Part shown: positions 1 through 9,081 of the stretch, piece by piece
Layout of the letters: each line of letters starts with the position of its first letter
How positions within the stretch are numbered: position 1 is the stretch's first letter
Origin: an uncultured Pseudomonadota bacterium
GTDB taxonomy: Bacteria > UBA10199 > JACPAL01
DNA: 47,770 nt
Direction: 5' to 3'
Assembly (NCBI GenBank): GCA_964460495.1
Contig: CAYWRF010000001.1
Location: 1,775 to 49,544 of the forward strand
Program-made: the position numbers and the translations under genes
Notes under the pieces: generated by a model
Database searches by the model: none
What the model was told of the DNA's origin: nothing
The model's input: the letters and a program-made list of their open reading frames with translations, nothing else

Positions 1-514
1 ATGTTTGGCGAGCTCGCTCAACATCCGTTGAACTCTTAATCGCTTGAAGTTCGAACGAAACATTCCCCTGTTCGCCCACGCTTTTTGGGGAATAATAAAG
101 AAGGAAGGCAAAACCTGATGTCGGCATACGATTTGACTCAAGAAGAAGAGCGTAACAATCGAGTTGATTTTGATAATACTTGATTGCGTCTTCTTCGGTT
201 GTGGTTACTTCCGACCAGTAGTCCGACTCTTCCCTGGCCTTTTCCAAATGACTTATAATGGAACCGTATTTTTTTGGAAACAGACCGTCTTTGATGAAAT
301 GAAGATGGAACATGCGGATCAATCCGTCATGGGAAGCTGCCTCGATTCCTTTCGTTAACAGAAGAGCCGTGACATAGTGAAAGGCGGCGTAGTGGCTTCG
401 CGAAACGGAGCCGTCATACTCCCGGTTGTCGTAAAGAATCCTGGCTTGTCTTAAGGCCGCGGAGCCTTTTTCGATCTCCAGCTTCCTGTTTTCTTTTTTG
501 TTGATGTCATTCAT
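1..514 (-). CDS. HEPN-domain protein (toxin-like partner of the MNT gene); 3' end runs off the window
   Basis: Hand translation of the minus strand from ATG 514..512 gives MNDINKKENRKLEIEKGSAALRQARILYDNREYDGSVSRSHYAAFHYVTALLLTKGIEAASHDGLIRMFHLHFIKDGLFPKKYGSIISHLEKAREESDYW..., which fits the HEPN helical core pattern. The frame has no stop down to nt 1, so it is absent from the ORF track. Its start overlaps the MNT gene stop in an ATGA. Confidence 0.6.
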   Translation of the reverse strand, partial: MNDINKKENRKLEIEKGSAALRQARILYDNREYDGSVSRSHYAAFHYVTALLLTKGIEAASHDGLIRMFHLHFIKDGLFPKKYGSIISHLEKAREESDYWSEVTTTEEDAIKYYQNQLDCYALLLESNRMPTSGFAFLLYYSPKSVGEQGNVSFELQAIKSSTDVERARQT

Positions 515-846
515 AAAGGGACGCCTTCGCGTTGAATGTTCAGGGCAAGCAATCTTTCTCTTCTCAACAGTGAATCAAATTCCTCGAAGGTCATCACCAG
601 TGGCGAAATGACAATTTCCTCATCCATTTGAATCTCAGCGGCAATATCCCAGATTGCATTTTTGATCCGGGTGTCCTTTTGGGAGACGAGGGTCAAGACG
701 TCAACGTCGGAATCCTCGTGAGACCGGCCGTGTACCCGGGAACCGAACAGTCGAAACTCCACCCTGATTTTTCCAAGGGCATTGACAACCCTCTTTTTAA
801 ACAAACGAACGCACTTCTTTTCTTGATCACTCAGGTAATCCATCAT
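511..846 (-). CDS. minimal nucleotidyltransferase (MNT, pol-beta superfamily; antitoxin-like)
   Basis: 111 aa. 'FGSRVHGRSHEDSDVDVL' matches the G[GS]-x(9-13)-DxD NTase motif. It overlaps the downstream HEPN ORF by 4 nt and is visibly more AT-rich than its neighbours. Confidence 0.75.
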   Translation of the reverse strand: MMDYLSDQEKKCVRLFKKRVVNALGKIRVEFRLFGSRVHGRSHEDSDVDVLTLVSQKDTRIKNAIWDIAAEIQMDEEIVISPLVMTFEEFDSLLRRERLLALNIQREGVPL

Positions 847-1110
847 TTTCCCTTGATAAACCTATTCCTATGAAATCTGCCGTTTTTTGGCAACCATTCT
901 TATCGCTGCCACATCACGCGTGGCCCGGGTGTAACTCCTGATCTTCCGGGATTCAAGGTATCCGGCAACTCCAATGGAAGACCGAAGGCAAGTCCACCAC
1001 GTGTCCAGCCGAAATCAAGGCTGACTAATTTCTCCTTGCAATCCCGCCCCGGCCGGTGCTACACGAAAACGCTTTAATTTTATAAGTAATTAGCGTAGTT
1101 AAAGGATACT

Positions 1111-1950
1111 ATGGTGGAGGTGAACGTGAAAGAGATGCTGGAAGCAGGGGCCCATTTTGGGCACCAGACCCGGTTCTGGAACCCCGGTATGAAGCCGTAT
1201 ATCTACGGGGCGCGGAACGGGATCCATATCATTGATTTGCAAAAGACACTCGATCTCTGCCAGCAGGCCTGCCAGTTCATCGCGCGGGTCGTGAGCGAGG
1301 GGGGGGATCTCCTCTTTGTCGGGACCAAGAAACAGGCCCAGTCGATCATCGAGGAGGAGGCGAAGCGATGCCAGATGAGTTATGTGAGCCGTCGCTGGCT
1401 GGGGGGGACGCTGACGAATTATCGGACGATCAAGGCCTCTATCGATCGCTTCAAGAATCTTGAAAAGAAATTTGCTGAAGGGGGGTTTGAAGTCCTGACG
1501 AAGAAGGAGCGTCTCGGGGTTGAACGAGACCTTCGGGACCTCGCGCACAATCTGGGGGGGATCAAGGAGATGACACGGTTGCCCTCCGCGCTCTTCCTCG
1601 TTGACGTCTCGAGGGAAAAGATTGCGAGGGAAGAGGCAAACAGACTCGGGATCCCGGTTGTTGCGCTCGCGGATACAAACTGCGACCCCCGCGGGATCGA
1701 TTATCTTGTCCCGGCAAACGACGATGCCTTGAAATCGATCCGTCTCTTCTGCCACAAGATCGCCGATGCCTGTCTGGAGGGGATCTCCCGGAGGGATGCG
1801 GTGATCAGGGAGAAGGCGGTGGACGAAGAGACCGCAACCTCCCTCGCGAAGGAGTTCGTTGTGGGAGAAAAGGGGCATGCCTTTGTCTCCCAGCCTGAGA
1901 AGTATGATGAGGCAGTTGACGGGGAGTTCTCGAAAAAGGCGCATCCGTAA
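1111..1950 (+). CDS. rpsB: 30S ribosomal protein S2
   Basis: 'KEMLEAGAHFGHQTRFWNPGMKPYIYGARNGIHIIDLQKT' is the S2 signature. The gene heads the conserved rpsB-tsf-pyrH-frr cluster. Confidence 0.95.
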   Translation: MVEVNVKEMLEAGAHFGHQTRFWNPGMKPYIYGARNGIHIIDLQKTLDLCQQACQFIARVVSEGGDLLFVGTKKQAQSIIEEEAKRCQMSYVSRRWLGGTLTNYRTIKASIDRFKNLEKKFAEGGFEVLTKKERLGVERDLRDLAHNLGGIKEMTRLPSALFLVDVSREKIAREEANRLGIPVVALADTNCDPRGIDYLVPANDDALKSIRLFCHKIADACLEGISRRDAVIREKAVDEETATSLAKEFVVGEKGHAFVSQPEKYDEAVDGEFSKKAHP

Positions 1951-1963
1951 GCAAAGGGGACCG

Positions 1964-2815
1964 ATGGAAATTAACGCGGAACAGGTAAGAGAGCTCCGGG
2001 AGAAGTCCGGGGCCGGGATCATGGATTGCAAGCGGGCCCTGAGGGAGAATAGCGGCAATCTCGATCAGGCGCTCGATTCGCTCCGTCGGCAAGGGGTGAT
2101 TAAGGCGGGCAAGAAGGCGGGACGCGAGACCCAGGAGGGGCTCGTGGAGATCTCCCTCTCGGAGGATGGGCAGACCGCCGGGATGGTGGAGGTCAATTGT
2201 GAAACCGACTTTGTTGCGAGGACCGATCCGTTCAGGGATTTTCTCACGCAGCTGGCGAGGCTTGCGGTCAGCCGGAAGGTGACAACGCTCCCGGATCTGA
2301 TGAGGGAACGGATGAAGGACGGGACGGTGGAAGAGTCGCTCCAGGGTCTGATCGCCAGGCTGGGCGAAAATATGGTAGTCCGCCGGGTTGCCGTCGTCCG
2401 GACTGAACGGCCGGATGAAGAGAAGATCGGTTCGTATGTCCATGCCGGCTCCAAGATCGGGGTCCTTGTGCGGGCCCGCGGGAACAGGCTCTCCCCTGAG
2501 GTTGTGAGGGAGGTTGCGATGCATATTGCCGCGATGCACCCGGTTTATATTGACCGCCGGGGGGTGCCGGAGGGGGTCGTCGCGAAGGAGAGGGATTTTC
2601 TGAAGAGTTCGACGGAAATCACCGGCAAGCCGACGGCGATCGTTGAGAAAATCATCGAGGGGAAGCTCACCCGTTATTTCAGCGACCTCTGTCTCCTGGA
2701 ACAGCCGTTCGTGAAGGATGCCTCCGGCAAGAAAACGGTCGGCTCCTTTTTAAAGGGGTGTGACCCCGCCGCCGAGATCCTGGAGATGGTCCGTTATCAG
2801 GTTGGTAGCGCCTGA
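1964..2815 (+). CDS. tsf: elongation factor Ts
   Basis: Track ORF 1859..2815 trimmed to ATG 1964. '[26 protein letters not shown]' is the EF-Ts N-terminus. There is a 13-nt gap after the rpsB stop. Confidence 0.93.
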   Translation: MEINAEQVRELREKSGAGIMDCKRALRENSGNLDQALDSLRRQGVIKAGKKAGRETQEGLVEISLSEDGQTAGMVEVNCETDFVARTDPFRDFLTQLARLAVSRKVTTLPDLMRERMKDGTVEESLQGLIARLGENMVVRRVAVVRTERPDEEKIGSYVHAGSKIGVLVRARGNRLSPEVVREVAMHIAAMHPVYIDRRGVPEGVVAKERDFLKSSTEITGKPTAIVEKIIEGKLTRYFSDLCLLEQPFVKDASGKKTVGSFLKGCDPAAEILEMVRYQVGSA

Positions 2816-2825
2816 CAGTTTTGGT

Positions 2826-3530
2826 ATGAAGCCTTCCTTCAAGAGGATTCTGCTCAAGCTCTCCGGCGAGGCGATGGCGGGGCCGAGCGGCTTCGGGATC
2901 GATCCCGATGCGGTGCGCCGCCTGGTCCATGAGCTTCGTGACGTTCACCGCCTGGGGCTTGAGATCGCGATCGTGATGGGGGGAGGGAACCTCTTTCGCG
3001 GGGCCCGGCAGGACTGGATGGATCGGGCAACAGCCGATTATGCCGGGATGCTGGCGACCGTGATCAACTCCCTCGCCCTCCAGGATGCGCTGGAGCGGTC
3101 GGGCGTCTATACCCGTGTCGCCTCCGCGATCGAGATGCAACAGCTGACCGAGCCGTACATCCGCCGGCGGGCGATCCGACACCTGGAAAAGAAGAGGATC
3201 GTGATCTTTGCGGCGGGGACCGGAAACCCATTCTTCTCGACCGACACCGCGGCGGCGCTCCGGGCGATGGAGATCCATGCGGAGGTGATCCTGAAGGCGA
3301 CCAAGGTCGAAGGGGTCTATAGCGCCGATCCGGTCACAAACAAGAAGGCCCGGTTTTATCCAAGACTCCGCTATCTGGATGTCCTGAAGAAAAACCTCAA
3401 GGTGATGGACTCGACCTCGATCTCCCTCTGCATGGACAATCATCTCCCGATCGTCGTGTTCAATCTCTTCCGGAAGGGGAATCTGATGAAGGTCGCCCGT
3501 GGAGAAAGGATCGGCACGATCGTCAACTAA
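2826..3530 (+). CDS. pyrH: UMP kinase
   Basis: Track ORF trimmed to ATG 2826. Motifs '[14 protein letters not shown]' and '[10 protein letters not shown]' are present, and the position after tsf is conserved. Confidence 0.93.
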   Translation: MKPSFKRILLKLSGEAMAGPSGFGIDPDAVRRLVHELRDVHRLGLEIAIVMGGGNLFRGARQDWMDRATADYAGMLATVINSLALQDALERSGVYTRVASAIEMQQLTEPYIRRRAIRHLEKKRIVIFAAGTGNPFFSTDTAAALRAMEIHAEVILKATKVEGVYSADPVTNKKARFYPRLRYLDVLKKNLKVMDSTSISLCMDNHLPIVVFNLFRKGNLMKVARGERIGTIVN

Positions 3531-3541
3531 CGGAGGCTCAG

Positions 3542-4099
3542 ATGGATCAAAAGTTATTGAATGACGGCCGCGCCCGGATGGCGAAGGTGGTGGAGTCGTT
3601 GAAGGGGGATTTTGCCAAGATCCGGACAGGCCGCGCCTCGCCGGCGCTCCTTGAGGATGTGCAGGTCGAGTATTACGGGAGCCGGATGAAATTGAACCAG
3701 CTTGCGACGATCTCGATCCCGGAGAGCCGGACCCTCGTGATCTCCCCGTGGGACAAGGGGGCGATCGCGGAGATCGAGAAGGGGGTCCTCAAGGCGGATC
3801 TCGGTCTCACCCCGACGAACGACGGCAAGCTGGTCCGGATCTCGATCCCCCAGCCGACGGAGGAGAGGCGGAAGGATCTGGTCCGGCAGGCGAAGAAAAT
3901 GGCGGAGGAGGGGCGCGTGACGATCCGCAACATCCGGCGGGAGACGAACGAGGCGGCGAAGGGGCTCCAGAAAAAGGGAGAATGTTCCGAGGATGACCTG
4001 CGCCGCGGAGAGCAGGAGATCCAGAAGATGACCGATCAATTCATCGCCCAGATCGACCAGGCCCTTTCGGGAAAAGAAAAAGAGATCATGGAAGTCTGA
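3542..4099 (+). CDS. frr: ribosome recycling factor
   Basis: 185 aa. Contains 'FAKIRTGRASPALLEDVQVEYYG' and 'GLTPTNDGKLVRISIP', typical of RRF. Confidence 0.95.
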   Translation: MDQKLLNDGRARMAKVVESLKGDFAKIRTGRASPALLEDVQVEYYGSRMKLNQLATISIPESRTLVISPWDKGAIAEIEKGVLKADLGLTPTNDGKLVRISIPQPTEERRKDLVRQAKKMAEEGRVTIRNIRRETNEAAKGLQKKGECSEDDLRRGEQEIQKMTDQFIAQIDQALSGKEKEIMEV

Positions 4100-4830
4100 T
4101 GAACCTGAAAAAACTTCCCCAGCATATTGCGATCATCATGGACGGGAACGGCCGTTGGGCCAAGGAAAAGGGCCTTTCTCGCATTGAGGGGCACCGTCAG
4201 GGGATCGAGACGGTCGATCAGGTGGTGACCGCCTGCCGTGAGCTGGGTGTCCGTTATCTGACGCTCTATGCCTTTTCGATGGAGAACTGGAATCGCCCGC
4301 GGGATGAGATCCATGCCCTGATGGCATTGCTCAAGGAGTTTCTGGTGATCAAGAGGGAAAAGTTGCTCAAGAATGAGATCCGGCTGGTATCGATCGGCGA
4401 CATCGAACGGCTCCCCCCCGAGGTCCGGTCAACCCTTCTCGAGACGCAGGAGATGACAAAGGGATGCGACAAGACGGTCCTCGGCCTCGCCCTCTCCTAC
4501 AGCGCGCGGGATGAGATCATCCGGGCGATCAACTCCCTGCTTCATGAAAAGGAGAAGGGGGCGTTCCGGGACAGCTTTATCTCTGTGGACCAGTTTGCCG
4601 AATACCTTGACACCTCCGGCATGCCGGACCCGGACCTGTTGATCCGGACCGGCGGGGAATACCGGATCAGCAATTTTCTGCTCTGGCAGTCGGCCTATGC
4701 CGAGCTGTATTTCACCGAAACGCCCTGGCCCGACTTTGGCCGCGAGTCGCTCCTCCATGCGATTGAGGAGTATCAAAGTCGGGAGAGGCGTTTTGGAAAA
4801 ACCTCGGAACAGCTCCACAATGCTTTTTAA
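4099..4830 (+). CDS. uppS: undecaprenyl-diphosphate synthase (cis-prenyltransferase)
   Basis: 'HIAIIMDGNGRWAKEKG', 'LTLYAFSMENWNRP' and 'RISNFLLWQSAYAELYF' are present. The ATG overlaps the frr stop. Confidence 0.93.
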   Translation: MNLKKLPQHIAIIMDGNGRWAKEKGLSRIEGHRQGIETVDQVVTACRELGVRYLTLYAFSMENWNRPRDEIHALMALLKEFLVIKREKLLKNEIRLVSIGDIERLPPEVRSTLLETQEMTKGCDKTVLGLALSYSARDEIIRAINSLLHEKEKGAFRDSFISVDQFAEYLDTSGMPDPDLLIRTGGEYRISNFLLWQSAYAELYFTETPWPDFGRESLLHAIEEYQSRERRFGKTSEQLHNAF

Positions 4831-5611
4831 AAGGGTTGTCGTCGTCCTGATTCTGCTGCCGCTCCTCCTCGGGGCGTTGTTTTCACCGTGGCCGTTCCTG
4901 TTCAAGGGGTTGATCCTGGCGGCGATTGCTGTCTCGCTCGGTGAACTGGCAACGATGGCCCAGTTTCGGGATAGAGAGAAGGGGGCCCTGATCGGCCTCG
5001 GCCTCCTGCATGCCCTTTTTCTCCTCTTTGTTTCGTGGACGGCGGAGCTCCTCTTTGTCGAGACTGCCGCGCTTCTGATCCTTGTCTTCCTCTTCTTTCT
5101 CCTTTTCCACGCGGAGCTTGTTGAGGCGGCGAGGCGTCTTGCCTTGATGGTCCTCGGGCTCGCCTATCTGGTCCCGCTTCTCTCGATGGTCGGTTTGTTG
5201 AGGGACCAGGGCCCCTGGTGGGTCTTTCTCCTCTTTGCGATGACCTGGCTGAACGATACCTTTGCCTTTTTTGTCGGTCACCGGTGGGGGAAGAGAAGGC
5301 TTGCGCCAAGGGTTTCTCCCGGAAAGACGGTGGAAGGGCTCCTCGGCGGTCTTTTAGGGAGCCTTGCCGGTTTCCTCCTGGTCTGGTATTGGGGAGAAAT
5401 TCCGATGACCCTCCCGGCCGGCCTTGTTATGGTCCTCCTTGTCGGGATTCTGGCGCCGATGGGGGATCTGGCGGAATCGCTCCTGAAGAGGGGGTTTGGG
5501 GTCAAGGACTCGGGGCACCTGATACCGGGTCATGGCGGGCTCCTGGATCGGGTTGATGCCTTGCTGTTTGTGGCCCCGGTGGTTTATGGGGTTGCCTTGT
5601 TTTTAGAATAG
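4820..5611 (+). CDS. cdsA: phosphatidate cytidylyltransferase
   Basis: Track ORF trimmed to ATG 4820 (MLFKRVVVVLILLP...). Multi-pass membrane protein with the CDS signature 'SLLKRGFGVKDSGHLIPGHGGLLDRVD'. Confidence 0.88.
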   Translation: MLFKRVVVVLILLPLLLGALFSPWPFLFKGLILAAIAVSLGELATMAQFRDREKGALIGLGLLHALFLLFVSWTAELLFVETAALLILVFLFFLLFHAELVEAARRLALMVLGLAYLVPLLSMVGLLRDQGPWWVFLLFAMTWLNDTFAFFVGHRWGKRRLAPRVSPGKTVEGLLGGLLGSLAGFLLVWYWGEIPMTLPAGLVMVLLVGILAPMGDLAESLLKRGFGVKDSGHLIPGHGGLLDRVDALLFVAPVVYGVALFLE

Positions 5612-5625
5612 GACCTATAAGACCT

Positions 5626-6765
5626 ATGAAAAAACTTGCTATTCTAGGGAGCACCGGCTCTATCGGCACACAGGCGCTGGATATTGTCAGCCGCCATCCC
5701 GATCGTTTTGAGGTCGTCGCCCTCGCGGCGGGGGCCAATCTGGACCTGCTCCGGGAACAGGTGAGGAGATTCCGTCCAAAAACCGTGTCGGTCAGGAGAC
5801 AAGAGGATGCCCAAACCTTGAAGCAGGGTTCGAACGGTGCCCTGAACATTGTATGGGGAGAGGAGGGGCTGCTCGAGACCGCGGTCGGTTCGGATGCCGA
5901 CATCGTCCTCTCGGCGGTTGTCGGGGCGGCGGGGCTCGTTCCGACCTACGAGGCGCTCCGCCTGGGCCGGACGGTTGCCCTCGCGAACAAGGAGAGCCTT
6001 GTCGTTGCGGGGGAGGTGATGATCCGGGCGATGGAGGAGGGGAGGGGGAAGATCCTTCCGGTTGACAGCGAACACAGCGCGATCTTTCAGTGCCTCGCCT
6101 CCGGAAGGCAATCGGAGATTCGAAGATTGATCCTGACCGCCTCGGGGGGGCCTTTTTTTCAAAGGGATCCGGAGACGATGAAGGAGGTGACCCTCGAGGA
6201 GGCGCTCCGGCATCCAAACTGGAAGATGGGGGAGAAGATCACGATCGACAGCGCGACGCTGATGAACAAGGGTCTCGAGCTGATTGAGGCGCGCTGGCTC
6301 TTCCGGTCGCCGCCTGAAAAAATCGAGGTGGTGATCCATCCTCAGAGCATCATCCATTCGCTGGTGGAATTTTGTGACGGTTCGGTCCTCGCGCAACTGG
6401 GGAATCCGGACATGCGGTGCGCGATCTCCTATGCCCTTGGATACCCGGAGCGGATCGAGTCCGGCGTGAAGCCGCTTTCCCTGGCAGAGGTCGGGGGGCT
6501 CACCTTTTTTCAGCCGGATTTTTCAAAATTCCCCGCCTTGAGGATCGCGCGTGAGGTGGCGGAGAGCGGCGGGAGCTGCCCGGCGGTCCTGAATGCCGCC
6601 AATGAGGTGGCGGTCTCCCGGTTCCTCAAGAGGGAGATCGGATTTTTGGAGATTGCCGCCCTGGTAGAAAAGACCCTTTCCCGTCACCGGCGGACAGAGG
6701 TTGAGACACTCGAGGATCTCCTTGCCGCAGACCGGTGGGCCCGGGAGGTGGCTGCCTCGTCATGA
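5626..6765 (+). CDS. dxr: 1-deoxy-D-xylulose 5-phosphate reductoisomerase
   Basis: 'KKLAILGSTGSIGTQALDIV', 'LANKESLV', 'DSEHSAIFQC' and 'HPNWKMG' are present. Confidence 0.95.
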   Translation: MKKLAILGSTGSIGTQALDIVSRHPDRFEVVALAAGANLDLLREQVRRFRPKTVSVRRQEDAQTLKQGSNGALNIVWGEEGLLETAVGSDADIVLSAVVGAAGLVPTYEALRLGRTVALANKESLVVAGEVMIRAMEEGRGKILPVDSEHSAIFQCLASGRQSEIRRLILTASGGPFFQRDPETMKEVTLEEALRHPNWKMGEKITIDSATLMNKGLELIEARWLFRSPPEKIEVVIHPQSIIHSLVEFCDGSVLAQLGNPDMRCAISYALGYPERIESGVKPLSLAEVGGLTFFQPDFSKFPALRIAREVAESGGSCPAVLNAANEVAVSRFLKREIGFLEIAALVEKTLSRHRRTEVETLEDLLAADRWAREVAASS

Positions 6766-8120
6766 CCCTCCTTTATTTCATCCTGGCGCTGGGGCTCCTC
6801 GTCTTTATCCACGAGTTCGGCCATTTCCTGATGGCGAAGAGGCAGAAGATCGGCGTCGAGAAATTTTCTCTGGGATTCGGGCCGAAGATTTTCGGTTTCA
6901 AGAAGGGGGAGACCACCTATCTGATCTCGGCGCTCCCGTTCGGGGGGTATGTCAAACTCCGGGGGGAGGAGCCGGATACAGCGGACAAGTCTGATCCCGC
7001 CTCGTATTCGGCCCGGCCTGCGAGTCACCGGTTTCGCGTCGTCTTTGCCGGCCCTTTCATGAATCTCCTGTTGGCCCTCGTCCTGATGCCGGTTGTCTTC
7101 ATGCTCGGGAGGTCCGAGCCTCTCTTCCTGAAGGAGCCGCCTGTCGTGATCGGTCTCTTGCCCGGCTCACCGGCTGAAAAGGCAGGGTTCCGCAAAGGCG
7201 ACAAGGTGGTGAGGTTCGGGGAGGTGGAGACGGAAAACTGGGGTGATCTGGTGAATCAGATCCTTCTGAAGCCGGGAGAGGAGGTCAAGATCGATCGGAT
7301 CCGGGGAGGGAAAAAGGATTCTCTGTTCGTCACGGTCGACCAGGATCCGCAGACAAAGGGGGGGATGCTCGGGATTGAGCCGTTCCTCCTGATCGGGAAT
7401 GAACCGATCGCCGACTCGGTGCTGCCGGATAGCCCCGCCTTCAAGGCGGGGATCCGATCGGGGGATGAGATCTTGACGATTAACGGTCAGCGGGTCCTCC
7501 ACTGGACCGACATGGCAGAAAAGATTCATCGACAGGAGGGAAGGCTGCTCCGGTTGGGGATCCGGCGTCAATCAGGGGCTGTCTCACTCAAGGTGGAACC
7601 CCGTTTTGATTTGTCGCTCAAGCGATGGGTGATCGGGATCCAGAAGGATTATGAAAAGCGGGGGCCGCCGATGGTCGAACGCCGGTATCCGTTCCTTCAG
7701 GCGATCTCGATCGGATGGCAAGAAAATCTGAAGCTCGGCCGTCTGACCCTTTCTGTCCTCGGACGATTGGTGACGTTTCGCCTCTCGTACAAGACACTGG
7801 GGGGGCCAATCCGGATCGCACAGGCCTCGGCAGCCGCGGCAAAGACCGGACTCTCCAGCTTTCTCTATTTTCTCGCCTTCCTCTCGCTCCAGTTGGGGGT
7901 CCTGAATCTCCTGCCGTTTCCGGTGCTGGATGGCGGCCATATCCTCTTCATCGGGATCGAGAAGATGATCCGTCGCCCCTTGCCGATGAAAATCCGCCTC
8001 GCTGCCGAACAGGCCGGTTTTGTCCTGCTGGTCTCGCTGATGATCCTGGTCACGTTGCACGATGTGCAGAGTCTTTGGGGCTTTGGCGAAATTCTCGAAA
8101 AGGTGCGTGGGCTGTTTTGA
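6762..8120 (+). CDS. rseP: RIP site-2 metalloprotease RseP
   Basis: Trimmed to ATG 6762, which overlaps the dxr stop in an ATGA. Contains the 'HEFGHFLMAKR' HExxH motif, PDZ-like segments and C-terminal 'NLLPFPVLDGGH'. Confidence 0.9.
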   Translation: MTLLYFILALGLLVFIHEFGHFLMAKRQKIGVEKFSLGFGPKIFGFKKGETTYLISALPFGGYVKLRGEEPDTADKSDPASYSARPASHRFRVVFAGPFMNLLLALVLMPVVFMLGRSEPLFLKEPPVVIGLLPGSPAEKAGFRKGDKVVRFGEVETENWGDLVNQILLKPGEEVKIDRIRGGKKDSLFVTVDQDPQTKGGMLGIEPFLLIGNEPIADSVLPDSPAFKAGIRSGDEILTINGQRVLHWTDMAEKIHRQEGRLLRLGIRRQSGAVSLKVEPRFDLSLKRWVIGIQKDYEKRGPPMVERRYPFLQAISIGWQENLKLGRLTLSVLGRLVTFRLSYKTLGGPIRIAQASAAAAKTGLSSFLYFLAFLSLQLGVLNLLPFPVLDGGHILFIGIEKMIRRPLPMKIRLAAEQAGFVLLVSLMILVTLHDVQSLWGFGEILEKVRGLF

Positions 8121-8830
8121 AAATCCTTGCCGTTGACACATCGACGTTAACCGGGAGTGTCGCCCTCCTGGAGATGGAAGGGGAGAGGGCGAGTTTGCTG
8201 GGAGAGATCACGCTCTCGGTCTCGGTGCAACATTCGGAACAATTGATCCCGGCGATACGCGGGTTTCTCTCGAACGCAGCGGTCCCGATTTCTTCAATCG
8301 ACCTCTTCGCCGCCGCCGAGGGGCCCGGTTCCTTTACCGGCCTCCGGATCGGGATCGCTACGATCCAGGGGTTCGCCTTCTCACAGGGGAAACCGACAAT
8401 CGGTGTCTCGAGTCTGGAGGCGCTGGCGCTCTCCGGTCTCTTCTTTGACGGGATCGTCGTCCCGATGCTCGATGCGCGGCGGGGGGAGATCTATGCCGCC
8501 GCCTACCGTTTTCAACAGACCCTTCCGGTGACGATTGAAAGGGTGGTGGAGGAGACAGCCTCCCCGCCGGATCAGTTTTTTCGCTCATTAGAGGGTGATC
8601 GTTTCCTTTTTCTGGGGGAAGGGGCGCGAACCTATCGTCAGTTTATTCGGGAGTTGATCGGGGAGAAGGGATTGTTAAGCCCGCTCGATCACCCCTGCGC
8701 CTCGCATCTGGCCCTCCTGGCCGGTCAGAGATACCGACAGGGGACGAAGAGGATCCAACCCAAATATATAAGGTCCGCCGATGTGACATTTCCGAGGCGT
8801 CCTTTTTTGCCCCTTGACAAAGCGTCTTAA
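8117..8830 (+). CDS. tsaB: tRNA t6A biosynthesis protein TsaB
   Basis: Likely TTG start at 8117 overlapping the rseP stop. Contains '(M)KILAVDTSTLTGSVALL' and 'GPGSFTGLRIGIATIQG'. The upstream part of track ORF 7715.. is out-of-frame rseP sequence. Confidence 0.8.
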   Translation: MKILAVDTSTLTGSVALLEMEGERASLLGEITLSVSVQHSEQLIPAIRGFLSNAAVPISSIDLFAAAEGPGSFTGLRIGIATIQGFAFSQGKPTIGVSSLEALALSGLFFDGIVVPMLDARRGEIYAAAYRFQQTLPVTIERVVEETASPPDQFFRSLEGDRFLFLGEGARTYRQFIRELIGEKGLLSPLDHPCASHLALLAGQRYRQGTKRIQPKYIRSADVTFPRRPFLPLDKAS

Positions 8831-8853
8831 AAGATGACAAAAATCAATAGCTT

Positions 8854-9081
8854 ATGGAGCCATCCCCCGATTTTAAAGGGATAGAGGATTTCCTCAATAA
8901 AGACCCGTTGCTCCGCCGGCTCTACGACGAGCACAAGACCTTGGAAAAAAAGATCTCGAAGCTCGAGAAAAAACCGTATCCGACACCGGTCGAGGAGCGC
9001 GAGGAGAAACGCCTCAAAAAATTGAAACTGTTGGGCAAGGATCGTATCATCCGCCTCCTGGAGCAACATCGCAATGCCTGA
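8854..9081 (+). CDS. small DUF465/YdcH-like coiled-coil protein
   Basis: 75 aa. 'LLRRLYDEHKTLEKKISKLEKKP...EEKRLKKLKLLGKDRI' fits the DUF465 pattern. It overlaps the ilvB start by 8 nt. Confidence 0.55.
   Translation: MEPSPDFKGIEDFLNKDPLLRRLYDEHKTLEKKISKLEKKPYPTPVEEREEKRLKKLKLLGKDRIIRLLEQHRNA

Noticed and set aside
164-358. A 64-aa plus-strand ORF near the left edge.
   Set aside because: It lies antisense to the HEPN-domain ORF, which has the better motif support and is coupled to the MNT gene.
1099-2539. Long minus-strand ORFs (319 aa, 244 aa and 129 aa) opposite rpsB and tsf.
   Set aside because: They are Arg/Pro/Gly-rich, low-complexity translations antisense to genes with unmistakable S2 and EF-Ts signatures. 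These are typical shadow frames of high-GC DNA.
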